Of a DNA stretch of 64,000 bases, positions 1 to 9,433 are shown in pieces (the stretch's first letter is position 1; each line of letters starts with the position of its first letter). The stretch lies in the NCBI GenBank assembly GCA_038243585.1, contig JBBSQY010000009.1, forward strand, positions 25,076 through 89,075. The letters are read 5' to 3'. The DNA is from Candidatus Sumerlaeales bacterium (lineage in GTDB: Bacteria > Sumerlaeota > Sumerlaeia > Sumerlaeales > Sumerlaeaceae). Both the position numbers and the translations under genes were made by a program. The notes beneath the pieces are model-generated. The model saw only the letters and a program-made list of their open reading frames with translations. It searched no databases and was not told the origin of the DNA.

Positions 1-1332
1 GCCACGCAGATCGGATCGCAGCTTACCGGCGTGCTTTATGTGCTGGATGAGCCGAGCATCGGTCTCCATCAGCGGGATAATGAGAAGCTGGTGGAAGCCC
101 TTATTCGTTTGCGTGATCTGGGGAATACGCTTATTGTGGTGGAGCACGACGAAAGCACCATGCGCGCGGCTGACTATATTATCGACATGGGCCCGGGGGC
201 GGGCAGGCTTGGTGGCGAGGTTGTTTTTCAGGGCACAGCGGCGCAAATGCTGGCGGATGATCTTTCGGTGACGGGAGAATATCTGCGGGGGACGCGAAAG
301 ATTCCTGTGCCCAAGACGCGGCGAGAGATTAACCCCGATCGAGTATTGAAAATACGCGGGGCGAAGGAACATAACCTGCGCAACATTGATGTGGTTTTTC
401 CGCTGGGTGTGTTCACCTGCGTGACCGGGGTAAGCGGCAGCGGCAAAAGTACGGTCGTGGACGACATTCTGTACGCCGCGCTGACAAATCACGTGTATGG
501 CAGCGGCCGGGCAGTGGGCAGCTATGAGCGGATGGAGGGGCTGGATCAGGTGGACAAGGTGGTGGACGTGGATCAGTCTCCCATCGGACGCACCCCGCGC
601 TCAAATCCCGCCACCTATACGCAGGTTTTTACCGCTATTCGAGACTTGTTTGCCCAGCTGCCGGAGAGCCAGATTCGCGGCTATCTGCCCGGCAGGTTCA
701 GCTTCAACGTGAAGGGCGGACGCTGCGAGGAGTGTAAGGGGGACGGCATGAAGCGCATGGAGATGCACTTTTTGCCTGATACTTATGTGGAGTGTCAGGT
801 CTGTCACGGACGGCGATTTAACCGTGAAACCCTGGAAGTGCGGTACAAAGAGAAATCCATTGCCGATGTGCTGGACATGACTATCGAAGACGCTTGTGAG
901 TTTTTCAGCGCCCAGCCGGGCATCTGTCATAAAATGAAGACGCTGCATGACGTGGGCCTGGGTTATCTGACGCTGGGCCAGAGCGCGACTACGCTGAGCG
1001 GCGGCGAAGCGCAGCGGGTGAAGCTGGCCAAAGAGCTGAGCAAGCGAGCGACAGGGCGAACGGTTTACATCCTGGACGAGCCGACTACGGGACTGCATTT
1101 CGAGGACATTCGAAAACTACTGGATGTGCTCCAGGCGCTGGTATCTCACGGCAACACGGTAATCGTCATCGAGCACAATCTGGACGTGATCAAGACTGCC
1201 GACTACCTGATTGACATGGGTCCGGAAGGTGGCGAACATGGCGGTCTGGTGGTTGCGACAGGTACGCCGGAGCAGGTGGCGAAAAACAAAAAAAGTGTGA
1301 CCGGGCGGTTTATTAAGGGCGTATTGGGCTGA
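1..1332 (+). CDS. uvrA: Excinuclease ABC subunit A, 5'-partial
   Basis: Frame is open from base 1 ([26 protein letters not shown]); Walker A GVSGSGKS, Zn finger CxxC...CxxC, LSGGEAQR signature, DEPTTGLH. Confidence 0.98.
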   Translation, partial: ATQIGSQLTGVLYVLDEPSIGLHQRDNEKLVEALIRLRDLGNTLIVVEHDESTMRAADYIIDMGPGAGRLGGEVVFQGTAAQMLADDLSVTGEYLRGTRKIPVPKTRREINPDRVLKIRGAKEHNLRNIDVVFPLGVFTCVTGVSGSGKSTVVDDILYAALTNHVYGSGRAVGSYERMEGLDQVDKVVDVDQSPIGRTPRSNPATYTQVFTAIRDLFAQLPESQIRGYLPGRFSFNVKGGRCEECKGDGMKRMEMHFLPDTYVECQVCHGRRFNRETLEVRYKEKSIADVLDMTIEDACEFFSAQPGICHKMKTLHDVGLGYLTLGQSATTLSGGEAQRVKLAKELSKRATGRTVYILDEPTTGLHFEDIRKLLDVLQALVSHGNTVIVIEHNLDVIKTADYLIDMGPEGGEHGGLVVATGTPEQVAKNKKSVTGRFIKGVLG

Positions 1333-1396
1333 AGGCGGGCGGAACCCTTAAAATAGATTTCATGGACGTTAAAAAGTGTCTGACTGCTACTTAGCG

Positions 1397-2134
1397 TCAG
1401 AGACCGTCTAGTTTGTCTATAAAATCCATCGGTTCTGTGGAGTCCGTGCAGTCCACCGGTGCCACAACGTCTATCAGTGTTGCAGAGTCGTTCCGGACGC
1501 TGTTCACCATTGTTGATACCGGATGCATGGTAAGGGCGCCTACTGGTGCGGGTTTTAAAAAAATGCTTAATGTGTTCGCGTCTTCGTTGCGGGTATCCAG
1601 CCAGGTGGGAATCCGGTCAGCGGGAATCATTACCGGCATGCGGTCGTGCATGGAAGAGAGCATTTTGTTGGCGGCGGTGGTCAGGATGGTGCAGCTTTCG
1701 ATCTGTTCACCGTTGGGGCCGTCCCAAATTTCCCAGAGACCAGCGAGGGCCAACGGGTTGGCGTCGGCACTTTTGATAAGCCAAGGCTGCTTCTTGTTGT
1801 CGGCTACACGTCGCCATTCGTAAAACCCGCTGGCTGGCACCACGCATCGCCGTCGGCGCAGGGCGTGGCGGAAAGATGGCTTTTCGGCGGCGGTTTCACA
1901 TCGGGCGTTGATCATTTTGCTGCCGATGGCCGGATCTTCCGCCCACGGCGGAATAAGGCCCCAAAGTACATGGGCAACTTCACGGCCTTCCGGAAAGCTT
2001 AGATTCTCCCGGACAATGAGCACTGGCTGGGTCGGCGCGATGTTGTATCGTCCGGCATATTGCGGCGGAATGGAGACATGAAAGAAATCTTCAATCTCTG
2101 GCCGGGTGTGATATAGGGTGTAGCGTCCGCACAT
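1397..2134 (-). CDS. SOS response-associated peptidase (SRAP/YedK/HMCES family, abasic-site crosslinking)
   Basis: Start moved to MCGRY (2134), placing the catalytic Cys at residue 2; motifs RYNIAPTQ, INARCET, GFYEW, HDRMP. Confidence 0.93.
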   Translation of the reverse strand: MCGRYTLYHTRPEIEDFFHVSIPPQYAGRYNIAPTQPVLIVRENLSFPEGREVAHVLWGLIPPWAEDPAIGSKMINARCETAAEKPSFRHALRRRRCVVPASGFYEWRRVADNKKQPWLIKSADANPLALAGLWEIWDGPNGEQIESCTILTTAANKMLSSMHDRMPVMIPADRIPTWLDTRNEDANTLSIFLKPAPVGALTMHPVSTMVNSVRNDSATLIDVVAPVDCTDSTEPMDFIDKLDGL

Positions 2135-2192
2135 GATTATTAGTACAATGGTTGTGGCCGAGGAATTTTGATTCATAGGTGTGACGGATAAG

Positions 2193-2226
2193 CAAAAGAC
2201 CCCGCTGCCTGCTGCGGCAGCGGGGT
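2193..2226 (-). terminator. Rho-independent terminator of pnp
   Basis: 11-bp stem ACCCCGCTGCC/GGCAGCGGGGT, 6-nt loop, followed by CTTTT on the minus strand just after the pnp stop. Confidence 0.8.
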
Positions 2227-2254
2227 GTATTAGTCATTTTTATTTGTTACTAAC

Positions 2255-4813
2255 TCAGCTCAGTTCGTTTTCAACATCCGTGTCAAAGCGCGAAGTTGTT
2301 GGATCTGACGGCTTAAGCTGTTCGCCCAGGGGTTCTTCCCTAGGCTTCTGTGGCTCCGCATCAATGGACGGGAATGCACCGGTTATGTGATCATCTACGC
2401 GGGGCTGAGCTGGCTGCGATTCAGGGCGCGGAGTGCGGTCCCGGTCGCCGGTGCCGCTTGAAAGGCCAGCGCTGCCGCCGGAAAGGCTTGCGCCGCTCCC
2501 GCCGCCGCGAGGTCCGCGATCACGATCGCCACGGCCTCGGCCACCACGATCTCCACGATCATTACCGCCGCCACTACGCTCGCCACCGCCGGCATTGCCG
2601 CCGCTGCGGCCTGCACGGTCGCGGTCACGTTCGCCGCGACGCTCGCGACGTCCGTCGCTTGTGCCGCCGCCACCGCCGCCCTCTTGGGCTTCAGTGTGCG
2701 TGCCGGGTTCCATGGCCTGTTTGCGGGAAAGACGAATCTTGCCGCGCTCATCTACGCCGATTACCTTGACGACGATTTCATCGCCAACCTGGCAGACGTC
2801 TTCAACTTTTTCCACGCGGCGGTTTTCGAGCTCGCTGATATGCACAAGCCCATCTCTGCCGGGGAGGATTTCCACGAAGCAGCCAAACTCCGCAATGCGG
2901 TTGACCTTGCCGGTGTAAATCTGGCCGATTTGCGCTTCGACAGTCAGATCCTTGATCCACTGGATGGCGCGGGCCATGGCTTCGCCGTCGGCGGACGCTA
3001 CTGCTACGCGGCCACTATCGTCGATGTCGATCTTACAGCCCGTCTTGGCGACGATCTCTTTAATAACCTTGCCGCCGGAACCGATAACGTCTTTGATCTT
3101 CTCAGGGTTGATCATGATGGTTTCGATGCGCGGAGCATATTCCGACATCTTCTCGCGAGGCGTCTGGATGGCTTCGTTCATTTTGCCAAGGATATGGATG
3201 CGTCCGGCCTTCGCCTGCTGCAGAGCCTTTTCCATGATCTCGATGGTGACGCCTTCAATTTTAATGTCCATCTGCAGAGCCGTAATACCTTCGGCAGTGC
3301 CGGAAACCTTGAAGTCCATGTCGCCCAGGTGATCTTCCAAGCCCATGATGTCGCTGAGAACCGCATAGCGGTCGCCTTCGAGGATCAAGCCCATGGCGAT
3401 ACCGGCAACAGGTGCCTTGATAGGCACGCCGCCGTCCATCAATGCCAGCACGCCGGAGCATACTGAAGCCATGGAAGATGAACCATTGGATTCTAGAATC
3501 TCAGAAACAAGGCGGATGGTGTAGGGGAACTGGTCGTGAGGCGGGAGAATCGGAGCAATAGATCGCTGAGCCAGCGCGCCGTGGCCGATTTCGCGACGGC
3601 CAGGGCCCATCATGCGGCGTACTTCGCCTACGGAATAGCTTGGGAAATTATAGTGCAGATAGAAGGTGCGTTCCGAAACTTCTTCCAGATCGTCAATCTT
3701 CTGTGTGTCGTCACCGGTGCCGAGGGTTAATACGCCAAGGCTCTGGGTCTGACCACGGGTGAATACTGCGCTGCCGTGGGTACGGGGAAGAACAGCCAGA
3801 TCGCAGTTGATCTGGCGGATTTCGTCCAGCTTGCGGCCGTCGGCGCGGGTGTTGGTATCCAGCACCGCGTTACGCATAGCCTTCGAGTATTCTTCCTCCA
3901 GGGCGTCTTTCAGCACGAGCTTCACATCGGGATACTCTTCGATGAGGGCCTCAGTGGTTGACGTCTTGATCTGGTCAAGAGCCGCGTTGCGCTCAGCCTT
4001 ATCATAGATGGTGGCCACTTTTGCATATTGCGGCTGGGTAAGAGTGCGAATTTTCGTGAGCAGAACTTCGTCCTGTGCGGGCTTCTGCCAGGCTTGCTTT
4101 GGCTTGCCAACTGCGCGGCGCATATCTTCCTGAGCTTCGCAAAGTCTGATGACTTCGTTATGGCCAAAACGGAGGGCGCCGAGCATCTGCTCTTCGGTCA
4201 GCATTTCTGCGCCGGATTCAACCATGGTGATAGCGTTCTTGGTGCCGGCCACGATCAGGTCGAGCTTAGCGTCTTTCTGCTGCTCACTGGTTGGGTTCAG
4301 GATGTAGTTCGTGCCGTCAAAGCCAACGCGCACAGCTGAAACCGGATTTTCAAAGGGAATGTCGGAAATGATAAGAGCGGCGGAGGCAGCGGTAAGGGCT
4401 GCCACGTCTGCAGAGTTTTTTCCGTCATAGGAAAGAATGCTGATATAAACTTGGATTTCCTGCTTAAAGCCCTCGGGAAACATGGGGCGCAGGGGACGAT
4501 CGATAAGCCGGGCGCGAAGAATTTCGGATTCCGCCGGGCGACCTTCGCGTTTAAAAAATCCGCCGGGCATACGGCCTGCGGCGTAAGATTTTTCACGGTA
4601 GTCCACCGTGAGTGGGAAAAAGTCCCGGGGAACATCGCTGGGAGGAGCCATGACTACGGCGGCCAGTGCGACTGTTCCTCCAACGCTTGCGATGACTGTT
4701 GCGTTTGCCTGTTTGGCAAGTTTGCCGGTGCCGAGCACCAGGTTTTCCGGGCCGAATGGCACCGATTTCTCGTAGACAGCGGTTACGCTGACCTGACCGT
4801 TATTTTCGGTCAT
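2255..4813 (-). CDS. pnp: Polyribonucleotide nucleotidyltransferase with long G/R/D-rich C-terminal tail
   Basis: Two RNase PH domains (RREIGHG, ESNGSSSMAS, GDMDFKV), KH and S1 domains; start at MTENN (4813) follows an AAAGGA RBS. Confidence 0.97.
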   Translation of the reverse strand: MTENNGQVSVTAVYEKSVPFGPENLVLGTGKLAKQANATVIASVGGTVALAAVVMAPPSDVPRDFFPLTVDYREKSYAAGRMPGGFFKREGRPAESEILRARLIDRPLRPMFPEGFKQEIQVYISILSYDGKNSADVAALTAASAALIISDIPFENPVSAVRVGFDGTNYILNPTSEQQKDAKLDLIVAGTKNAITMVESGAEMLTEEQMLGALRFGHNEVIRLCEAQEDMRRAVGKPKQAWQKPAQDEVLLTKIRTLTQPQYAKVATIYDKAERNAALDQIKTSTTEALIEEYPDVKLVLKDALEEEYSKAMRNAVLDTNTRADGRKLDEIRQINCDLAVLPRTHGSAVFTRGQTQSLGVLTLGTGDDTQKIDDLEEVSERTFYLHYNFPSYSVGEVRRMMGPGRREIGHGALAQRSIAPILPPHDQFPYTIRLVSEILESNGSSSMASVCSGVLALMDGGVPIKAPVAGIAMGLILEGDRYAVLSDIMGLEDHLGDMDFKVSGTAEGITALQMDIKIEGVTIEIMEKALQQAKAGRIHILGKMNEAIQTPREKMSEYAPRIETIMINPEKIKDVIGSGGKVIKEIVAKTGCKIDIDDSGRVAVASADGEAMARAIQWIKDLTVEAQIGQIYTGKVNRIAEFGCFVEILPGRDGLVHISELENRRVEKVEDVCQVGDEIVVKVIGVDERGKIRLSRKQAMEPGTHTEAQEGGGGGGTSDGRRERRGERDRDRAGRSGGNAGGGERSGGGNDRGDRGGRGRGDRDRGPRGGGSGASLSGGSAGLSSGTGDRDRTPRPESQPAQPRVDDHITGAFPSIDAEPQKPREEPLGEQLKPSDPTTSRFDTDVENELS

Positions 4814-5110
4814 AGTGTTTCCTTTCGCTGGCATGCCCAAAAACGCGAAGATTCCTATTGTGGTAAACTCCGGGCCTGGAAAGGGGAACGTCGGGATTTT
4901 AGGTTACGGCACAATGCAATTCGCACACACGTTTGCGCCGCCACATAAAAGCCCGCAGCCACCTCGGCCAGACAATGCCGGGCATGCCCATCTTACTATT
5001 AGATTGGTCTTTTACAAAAATGCTATAACACGGAGTTGCCGGCTTGTTCCCTGAAAAGGGTAATTAATGCGACCCCGGGAAGCAGGACGGGCCATCGTAT
5101 TATTTTTAAG

Positions 5111-5299
5111 CTACTTTCCCATAAAGCGCATGACGAGCCGGCTAACGCGCGATTCGTCGGCCACGCCGTTGCCGCCAGTGAGGTACTCTTTCGCATTGGG
5201 GTTTTCTTCCGCGCGGGCGCCACGGGTCATTTCAATGCCGCTGGTGATGGCAGAAGTTTTTTCTGGTGACTCGATTCGGTGGAGGCCTTTTTTCTTCAT
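5111..5299 (-). CDS. Hypothetical 62-aa protein
   Basis: ATG ORF filling the gap between PPIase and pnp on the same strand; weak RBS (AGGGA); no family recognised. Confidence 0.45.
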   Translation of the reverse strand: MKKKGLHRIESPEKTSAITSGIEMTRGARAEENPNAKEYLTGGNGVADESRVSRLVMRFMGK

Positions 5300-5372
5300 G
5301 GCGGGGGTCCCTGGAGAGGAGATGGTTATACTGTGGTATAGGTCTTATTACGACCTGTAAGGTTGCAGTGTT

Positions 5373-5412
5373 AATAATAAAGGTCCGGCAACCCTTTCGG
5401 GTTGCCGGACCT
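5373..5412 (-). terminator. Rho-independent terminator after PPIase gene
   Basis: 14-bp perfect stem AGGTCCGGCAACCC/GGGTTGCCGGACCT, 4-nt loop, then TTATTATT on the minus strand. Confidence 0.8.
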
Positions 5413-5435
5413 GCTTAATGCGTTCTTTGTGCTAG

Positions 5436-6071
5436 TTAGTTGCTTGGTGCGGTGCCCGTTGAGGCGGCATCAGCAGGTGAGGTTGCCGGAGCTGCTGCAC
5501 TTGCGCCGACTATTTCGATGTTCTTAATGACGACAGGGGTCGACGGGCGATCCTGCGCGCCGGTAGGCGTATTGACGATCTTGTTGACCACGTCCATGCC
5601 GCTCGTCACTTTACCGAAAATCGTATGTTTGTTGTTAAGATGCGGCGTAGGACCCATGGTAATGAAAAACTGGCTGCCATTGGTGCCGGGGCCGGAGTTG
5701 GCCATGGCGAGCAGGCCGGGACCTTCGAAACCAAGGTCGCTGAATTCATCTTCAAACTTGTAGCCAGGGCCACCCATACCGTTGCCCATTGGATCGCCGC
5801 CCTGAACCATGAAGCCGGGGATGACACGATGGAAAATGGTTCCGCTGTAAAGAGGACGATCGGTTACAGCTTTGCCTGATTTAGGGTCGGTCCAGGCTTT
5901 TTTGCCGGTGGACAGACCGATAAAGTTTTCGACAGTTTTAGGGGCTTTGGCCGGATAAAGCTCGACGGTTATGTCGCCCATGGACGTGTGAATGATGGCC
6001 TGGGAGTTTGCCTGGGCGGAAGCGCCGGCGGCGATGCCCAGAGAGAATAGTACTGCGAAAGTGCGCTTCAT
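5436..6071 (-). CDS. Cyclophilin-type peptidyl-prolyl isomerase, exported
   Basis: [31 protein letters not shown]; signal peptide [26 protein letters not shown] before 6071. Confidence 0.95.
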   Translation of the reverse strand: MKRTFAVLFSLGIAAGASAQANSQAIIHTSMGDITVELYPAKAPKTVENFIGLSTGKKAWTDPKSGKAVTDRPLYSGTIFHRVIPGFMVQGGDPMGNGMGGPGYKFEDEFSDLGFEGPGLLAMANSGPGTNGSQFFITMGPTPHLNNKHTIFGKVTSGMDVVNKIVNTPTGAQDRPSTPVVIKNIEIVGASAAAPATSPADAASTGTAPSN

Positions 6072-6224
6072 GTTTGCTCCTGATGGTTGGTTTTTTGATG
6101 CTGAACAAGAGATATAGACAGCGGAAGCGGGGTTTGCGTTCACGGGGAAGTGAGAAAGTGGTTGTGAAGGGCGCGACTTATAAAAAATGATATGTTGGCA
6201 AGAATTTGCACCGCAGTTATTTTA

Positions 6225-6254
6225 GCCGCAAAAAGTCGCAAAAGCCGCAAAAAA
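6225..6254 (+). repeat. Short purine-rich direct repeat, G[C/T]CGCAAAA x3
   Basis: GCCGCAAAAA-GTCGCAAAA-GCCGCAAAAAA in intergenic DNA. Confidence 0.6.
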
Positions 6255-6347
6255 TGGTTGTTGTTTTGGTTGCTCATGCATTAGGTTGCGTAAGAGTGGC
6301 TAGCTGGCTTTTCATGAGTAATAATTTTGTTGCGGCGCAGTTTTGCT

Positions 6348-7184
6348 TTAGGCCAGGGAATCTAGCAGACTTAGTTGGGTTGCAATTGGACGGGGACGGC
6401 GGAGAGTTTCCCTGCCAATCAGAGTGGAGACGGCGTCACGGGGCGCGATGTGAATCTTTACCTGCGGACGCTTCGCCAGAATCGTTTTGGCGGTTTGAAG
6501 GGCCAGGCCGGGACTGTTGTTGTCCTGGCTTAGGTGGCTGAGCAGCAGCATCTGTAGCCGGTCACCGGCGTGGTCGCGCACCATTTCAGCGCTTTCCGTG
6601 TTTTCCAGATGTCCCCGTCCGCCACTGATGCGGTGTTTCAGGCGGGGCGAGTAAGCGGGATTCTGGTCAAGCATGTCGCAATCGTAATTGCTCTCGAGAA
6701 ACGCGACATCCAGATCAGCCAGGCAGCGCTTGAGAGCGGGAAAACAATGGCCAAGATCGGTCAGAATTCCTACGCGGTGCTGGCCATCGTCCACGATAAA
6801 TGCGCATGGGTTGACGGCGTCGTGGGGCGTGGGGATGGTCTGCACAGTTACGTGACCGACTTTCACCGAGTCGCCGGGGGTGAAGTATTGGAACTGGGTC
6901 TTGCAGACTTTACCGAGGCGTTGGCTCATAACGTGATGGGTATCACGGGAGCAAAAAATGGGGACGTTTAGTTTGCGCTGAAAAACGCCGGCGCAAGCGG
7001 TGTGGTCGGAGTGATCATGAGATATGAACAGGCCGTTGAACGTGCCGCAGTCGATCCCATAGGCCGCCATTCGTTCGCAGGCGCGGCGAAAAGGGATGCC
7101 AGCATCGAACAGCAGACGCACACCTGCGGACTCATAATAATAGCAATTGCCACAGCTACCGGATTGAAGGGAAAAGGTTTTCAT
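6348..7184 (-). CDS. MBL-fold metallohydrolase (YycJ/WalJ-like)
   Basis: SGSCGN, HDHSDH, PHDA, TDLG, ESNYD, GHL and HLS..NN motifs. Confidence 0.88.
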   Translation of the reverse strand: MKTFSLQSGSCGNCYYYESAGVRLLFDAGIPFRRACERMAAYGIDCGTFNGLFISHDHSDHTACAGVFQRKLNVPIFCSRDTHHVMSQRLGKVCKTQFQYFTPGDSVKVGHVTVQTIPTPHDAVNPCAFIVDDGQHRVGILTDLGHCFPALKRCLADLDVAFLESNYDCDMLDQNPAYSPRLKHRISGGRGHLENTESAEMVRDHAGDRLQMLLLSHLSQDNNSPGLALQTAKTILAKRPQVKIHIAPRDAVSTLIGRETLRRPRPIATQLSLLDSLA

Positions 7185-7304
7185 GGAGACGGAATTGAAC
7201 CAAGCGTTCTATAAGTCGTTGCGCAATAAAAAAAGCAAAGCAGAAACAAAAGCCTTAACGCAGAGACGGGGAGGCGCAGAGGGCGGGACTGTTACACCTG
7301 TAGC

Positions 7305-7418
7305 CCCTTGGTTCCCAATGCAGTAACAATTGCGGCTATGCAAGAGTGCCTGGATGGCAATCTAAAGTCATTTGATTCTATTGATGAGCTAGTGAAGGAC
7401 TTAAACTCAGAAGATTGA
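7305..7418 (+). pseudogene. 3' remnant of a RelB/DinJ-family antitoxin gene
   Basis: Reads PLVPNAVTIAAMQECLDGNLKSFDSIDELVKDLNSED*, resembling DinJ C-termini; no N-terminal DNA-binding part and no toxin gene. Confidence 0.7.
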
Positions 7419-7444
7419 AGAATTGGGCGATAATTGCTAATGGA

Positions 7445-7474
7445 TTGATCGGAACCGTTAAGCACTTGTATAAT
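7445..7474 (+). promoter_or_regulatory. Putative sigma70 promoter for recJ
   Basis: TTGATC-18 nt-TATAAT, 60 nt upstream of the recJ ATG. Confidence 0.5.
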
Positions 7475-7534
7475 TCCGCTGGACATGCCGTCCGCAGCGA
7501 AGAACAAGCAGTTTAAATTGCTAATCTACCTATA

Positions 7535-9268
7535 ATGACTCGACGCAGGAAGACATACCGCTGGGAATATCGTGATCAGCAGCCTGACCAGGCTCGGTCG
7601 CTCACGGAACGGTATCGACTGCACTCCGTTGTGGCGTCCGTGCTTGCCAACCGCGGGTTGGCCTTGGAACATGATGCCATGCTGGGCTTTATGAGTCCTA
7701 AATTGAACACCCTGCATGACCCGCTGCTGATGGCAGATATGGCTCGCGGGGTCGAGCGCGTGGCAGATGCGGTGCGTTCGGGCGAGCGAGTTGTCGTTTT
7801 CGGCGATTACGACGCCGACGGTATTACCAGCACTTCGTTGATGCTGCGGCTGCTGCGCCATGTGGGCGCCAATTGTGGATTTTACGTTCCTCACCGCGTG
7901 GATGAGGGTTATGGCATGAGCACGGCGGCCCTGGAGCGGCTGGCTTCTGAGGGTGCACGCTTGGTCATCACGGTGGATAACGGCATCAGCGGCATCGAAC
8001 AGGTGCGCCGGGCCCGGGAGCTGGGCGTGGATGTTGTCATCACGGATCACCATCAGCAGGGCGATACGTTGCCTGAGGCGACGGCGGTTATTAATCCTAA
8101 TCGCCATGACTGTCTATACCCGTGCAAGCATCTTGCGGGCGTAGGCGTGGCTTTTAAATTCGCGCACGCGCTACTGAAAACGCTGGGGCGTTCGGCGGAT
8201 GAATCGACGCAATTTCTCAAATCCGTTCTCGACCTGGTAGCTATCGGAACTATTGCGGATTACGCGCCTCTGGCCGGAGAAAACCGGGTGCTGGTATCTC
8301 ACGGTCTCCAGCAGATTGCAAAATCAACGAATCCGGGCATCATCGCGCTGCGCAATCACCTGAAAATAAACGGGGCCGTTACGGCTGCTCACGTGGGCTT
8401 TCAGATCGGCCCACGCCTGAACGCGGCTGGCCGGACGAGCCACGCGGAAATTGGCGTGCGGCTTTTGACGACGGACGATCCTGAAGAAGCCGACGTGATT
8501 GTAGATGAACTGGAGGCTTGCAACCGCGCCCGGCGTCTTTTAGAAGGAAAGATTTTTGACGAATCCATGGCGTTTGTGGATGAAAACATCGACCTGACGC
8601 GCGAATCCGTGGTGGTGGTAGACGGACAGGGCTGGCACCTCGGCGTTATCGGCATTGTCGCCAGCCGCCTGATGGACCAGGTGGAGCGCCCGGTGATCGT
8701 GCTGTCTCACAAGGCAGACTGTGTTAAGGGGTCTGGGCGTAGCTTCGGAACGTTTAATTTGTTCGAGGCGCTAACGGCATGCGATAATCATCTGACAGCT
8801 TTTGGCGGACACCCTCACGCGGCAGGCATGACGCTGCCCATTGCCGGAGTCGCTGGTTTTCGGCGGGCAATTAATGAGTATGCCGCGCTCGGCGAAGGGC
8901 TTGATCGTATGGCTCCGCCCCTAATTATCGACGCGGAGATTGATTGCCGTCTGATGGACATGGAAATGATGGCACATTTGCATTATCTGGAACCGTTCGG
9001 GCATACCAATCCTCCCCCGGTGCTGGCGACCCGGGGCCTGCGGCTTCACGCCCAGCCGCGGGTGGTTGGTGAGAAGCATTTGAAGATACAGTTTTCCAGC
9101 AGCGGCACCGTCGTCGACGGGATTGGCTTCGGCATGGGTCACATGGCGTCGGAACTGAACGGTGCGGTGGGCGCGGAGGTTGAAGTTGCGTTTTCACCTT
9201 CGATAAACAACTTCTGGTCGGTGCCGCGAGTTGAGATGGAAATCAAAGATTTGAGGCTGACAAACTAG
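7535..9268 (+). CDS. recJ: Single-stranded DNA 5'-3' exonuclease RecJ
   Basis: GDYDADG, ITVDNG, TDHH, PRLNAAGR, GSGRS, GGHPHAAG and LEPFG motifs. Confidence 0.97.
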   Translation: MTRRRKTYRWEYRDQQPDQARSLTERYRLHSVVASVLANRGLALEHDAMLGFMSPKLNTLHDPLLMADMARGVERVADAVRSGERVVVFGDYDADGITSTSLMLRLLRHVGANCGFYVPHRVDEGYGMSTAALERLASEGARLVITVDNGISGIEQVRRARELGVDVVITDHHQQGDTLPEATAVINPNRHDCLYPCKHLAGVGVAFKFAHALLKTLGRSADESTQFLKSVLDLVAIGTIADYAPLAGENRVLVSHGLQQIAKSTNPGIIALRNHLKINGAVTAAHVGFQIGPRLNAAGRTSHAEIGVRLLTTDDPEEADVIVDELEACNRARRLLEGKIFDESMAFVDENIDLTRESVVVVDGQGWHLGVIGIVASRLMDQVERPVIVLSHKADCVKGSGRSFGTFNLFEALTACDNHLTAFGGHPHAAGMTLPIAGVAGFRRAINEYAALGEGLDRMAPPLIIDAEIDCRLMDMEMMAHLHYLEPFGHTNPPPVLATRGLRLHAQPRVVGEKHLKIQFSSSGTVVDGIGFGMGHMASELNGAVGAEVEVAFSPSINNFWSVPRVEMEIKDLRLTN

Positions 9269-9394
9269 TGCTGGCACCGCACGTCCAGCTTTGCCGGTTA
9301 CAAAACAGATGGGCATGTGTGCCCGTATCGACCATCTCAGGCATAGTCAAGATTAGCTCTGCAGCATCTTCTAAACTTAACCCAGTCCATTGGG

Positions 9395-9417
9395 ACGGGC
9401 AACAATGCCCACCCTAC
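9395..9417 (-). repeat. REP-like palindrome with GTAG foot
   Basis: Minus strand reads GTAGGGTGGGCATTGTTGCCCGT; a similar hairpin GGGCA-TGTG-TGCCC lies at 9311-9324. Confidence 0.55.
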
Positions 9418-9433
9418 CTTCAGAGGAATAACC

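Noticed and set aside
2350..2918. Arg/Pro/Ser-rich alternative-frame ORFs
   Set aside because: They are other-frame readings of the low-complexity PNPase tail
7292..7507. Minus-strand 71-aa ORF
   Set aside because: It is antisense to the dinJ-like remnant and the recJ promoter; no recognisable features
1..9268. uvrA-SRAP-recJ as an SOS operon
   Set aside because: Mixed orientations, unrelated intervening genes and no LexA-like box recognised
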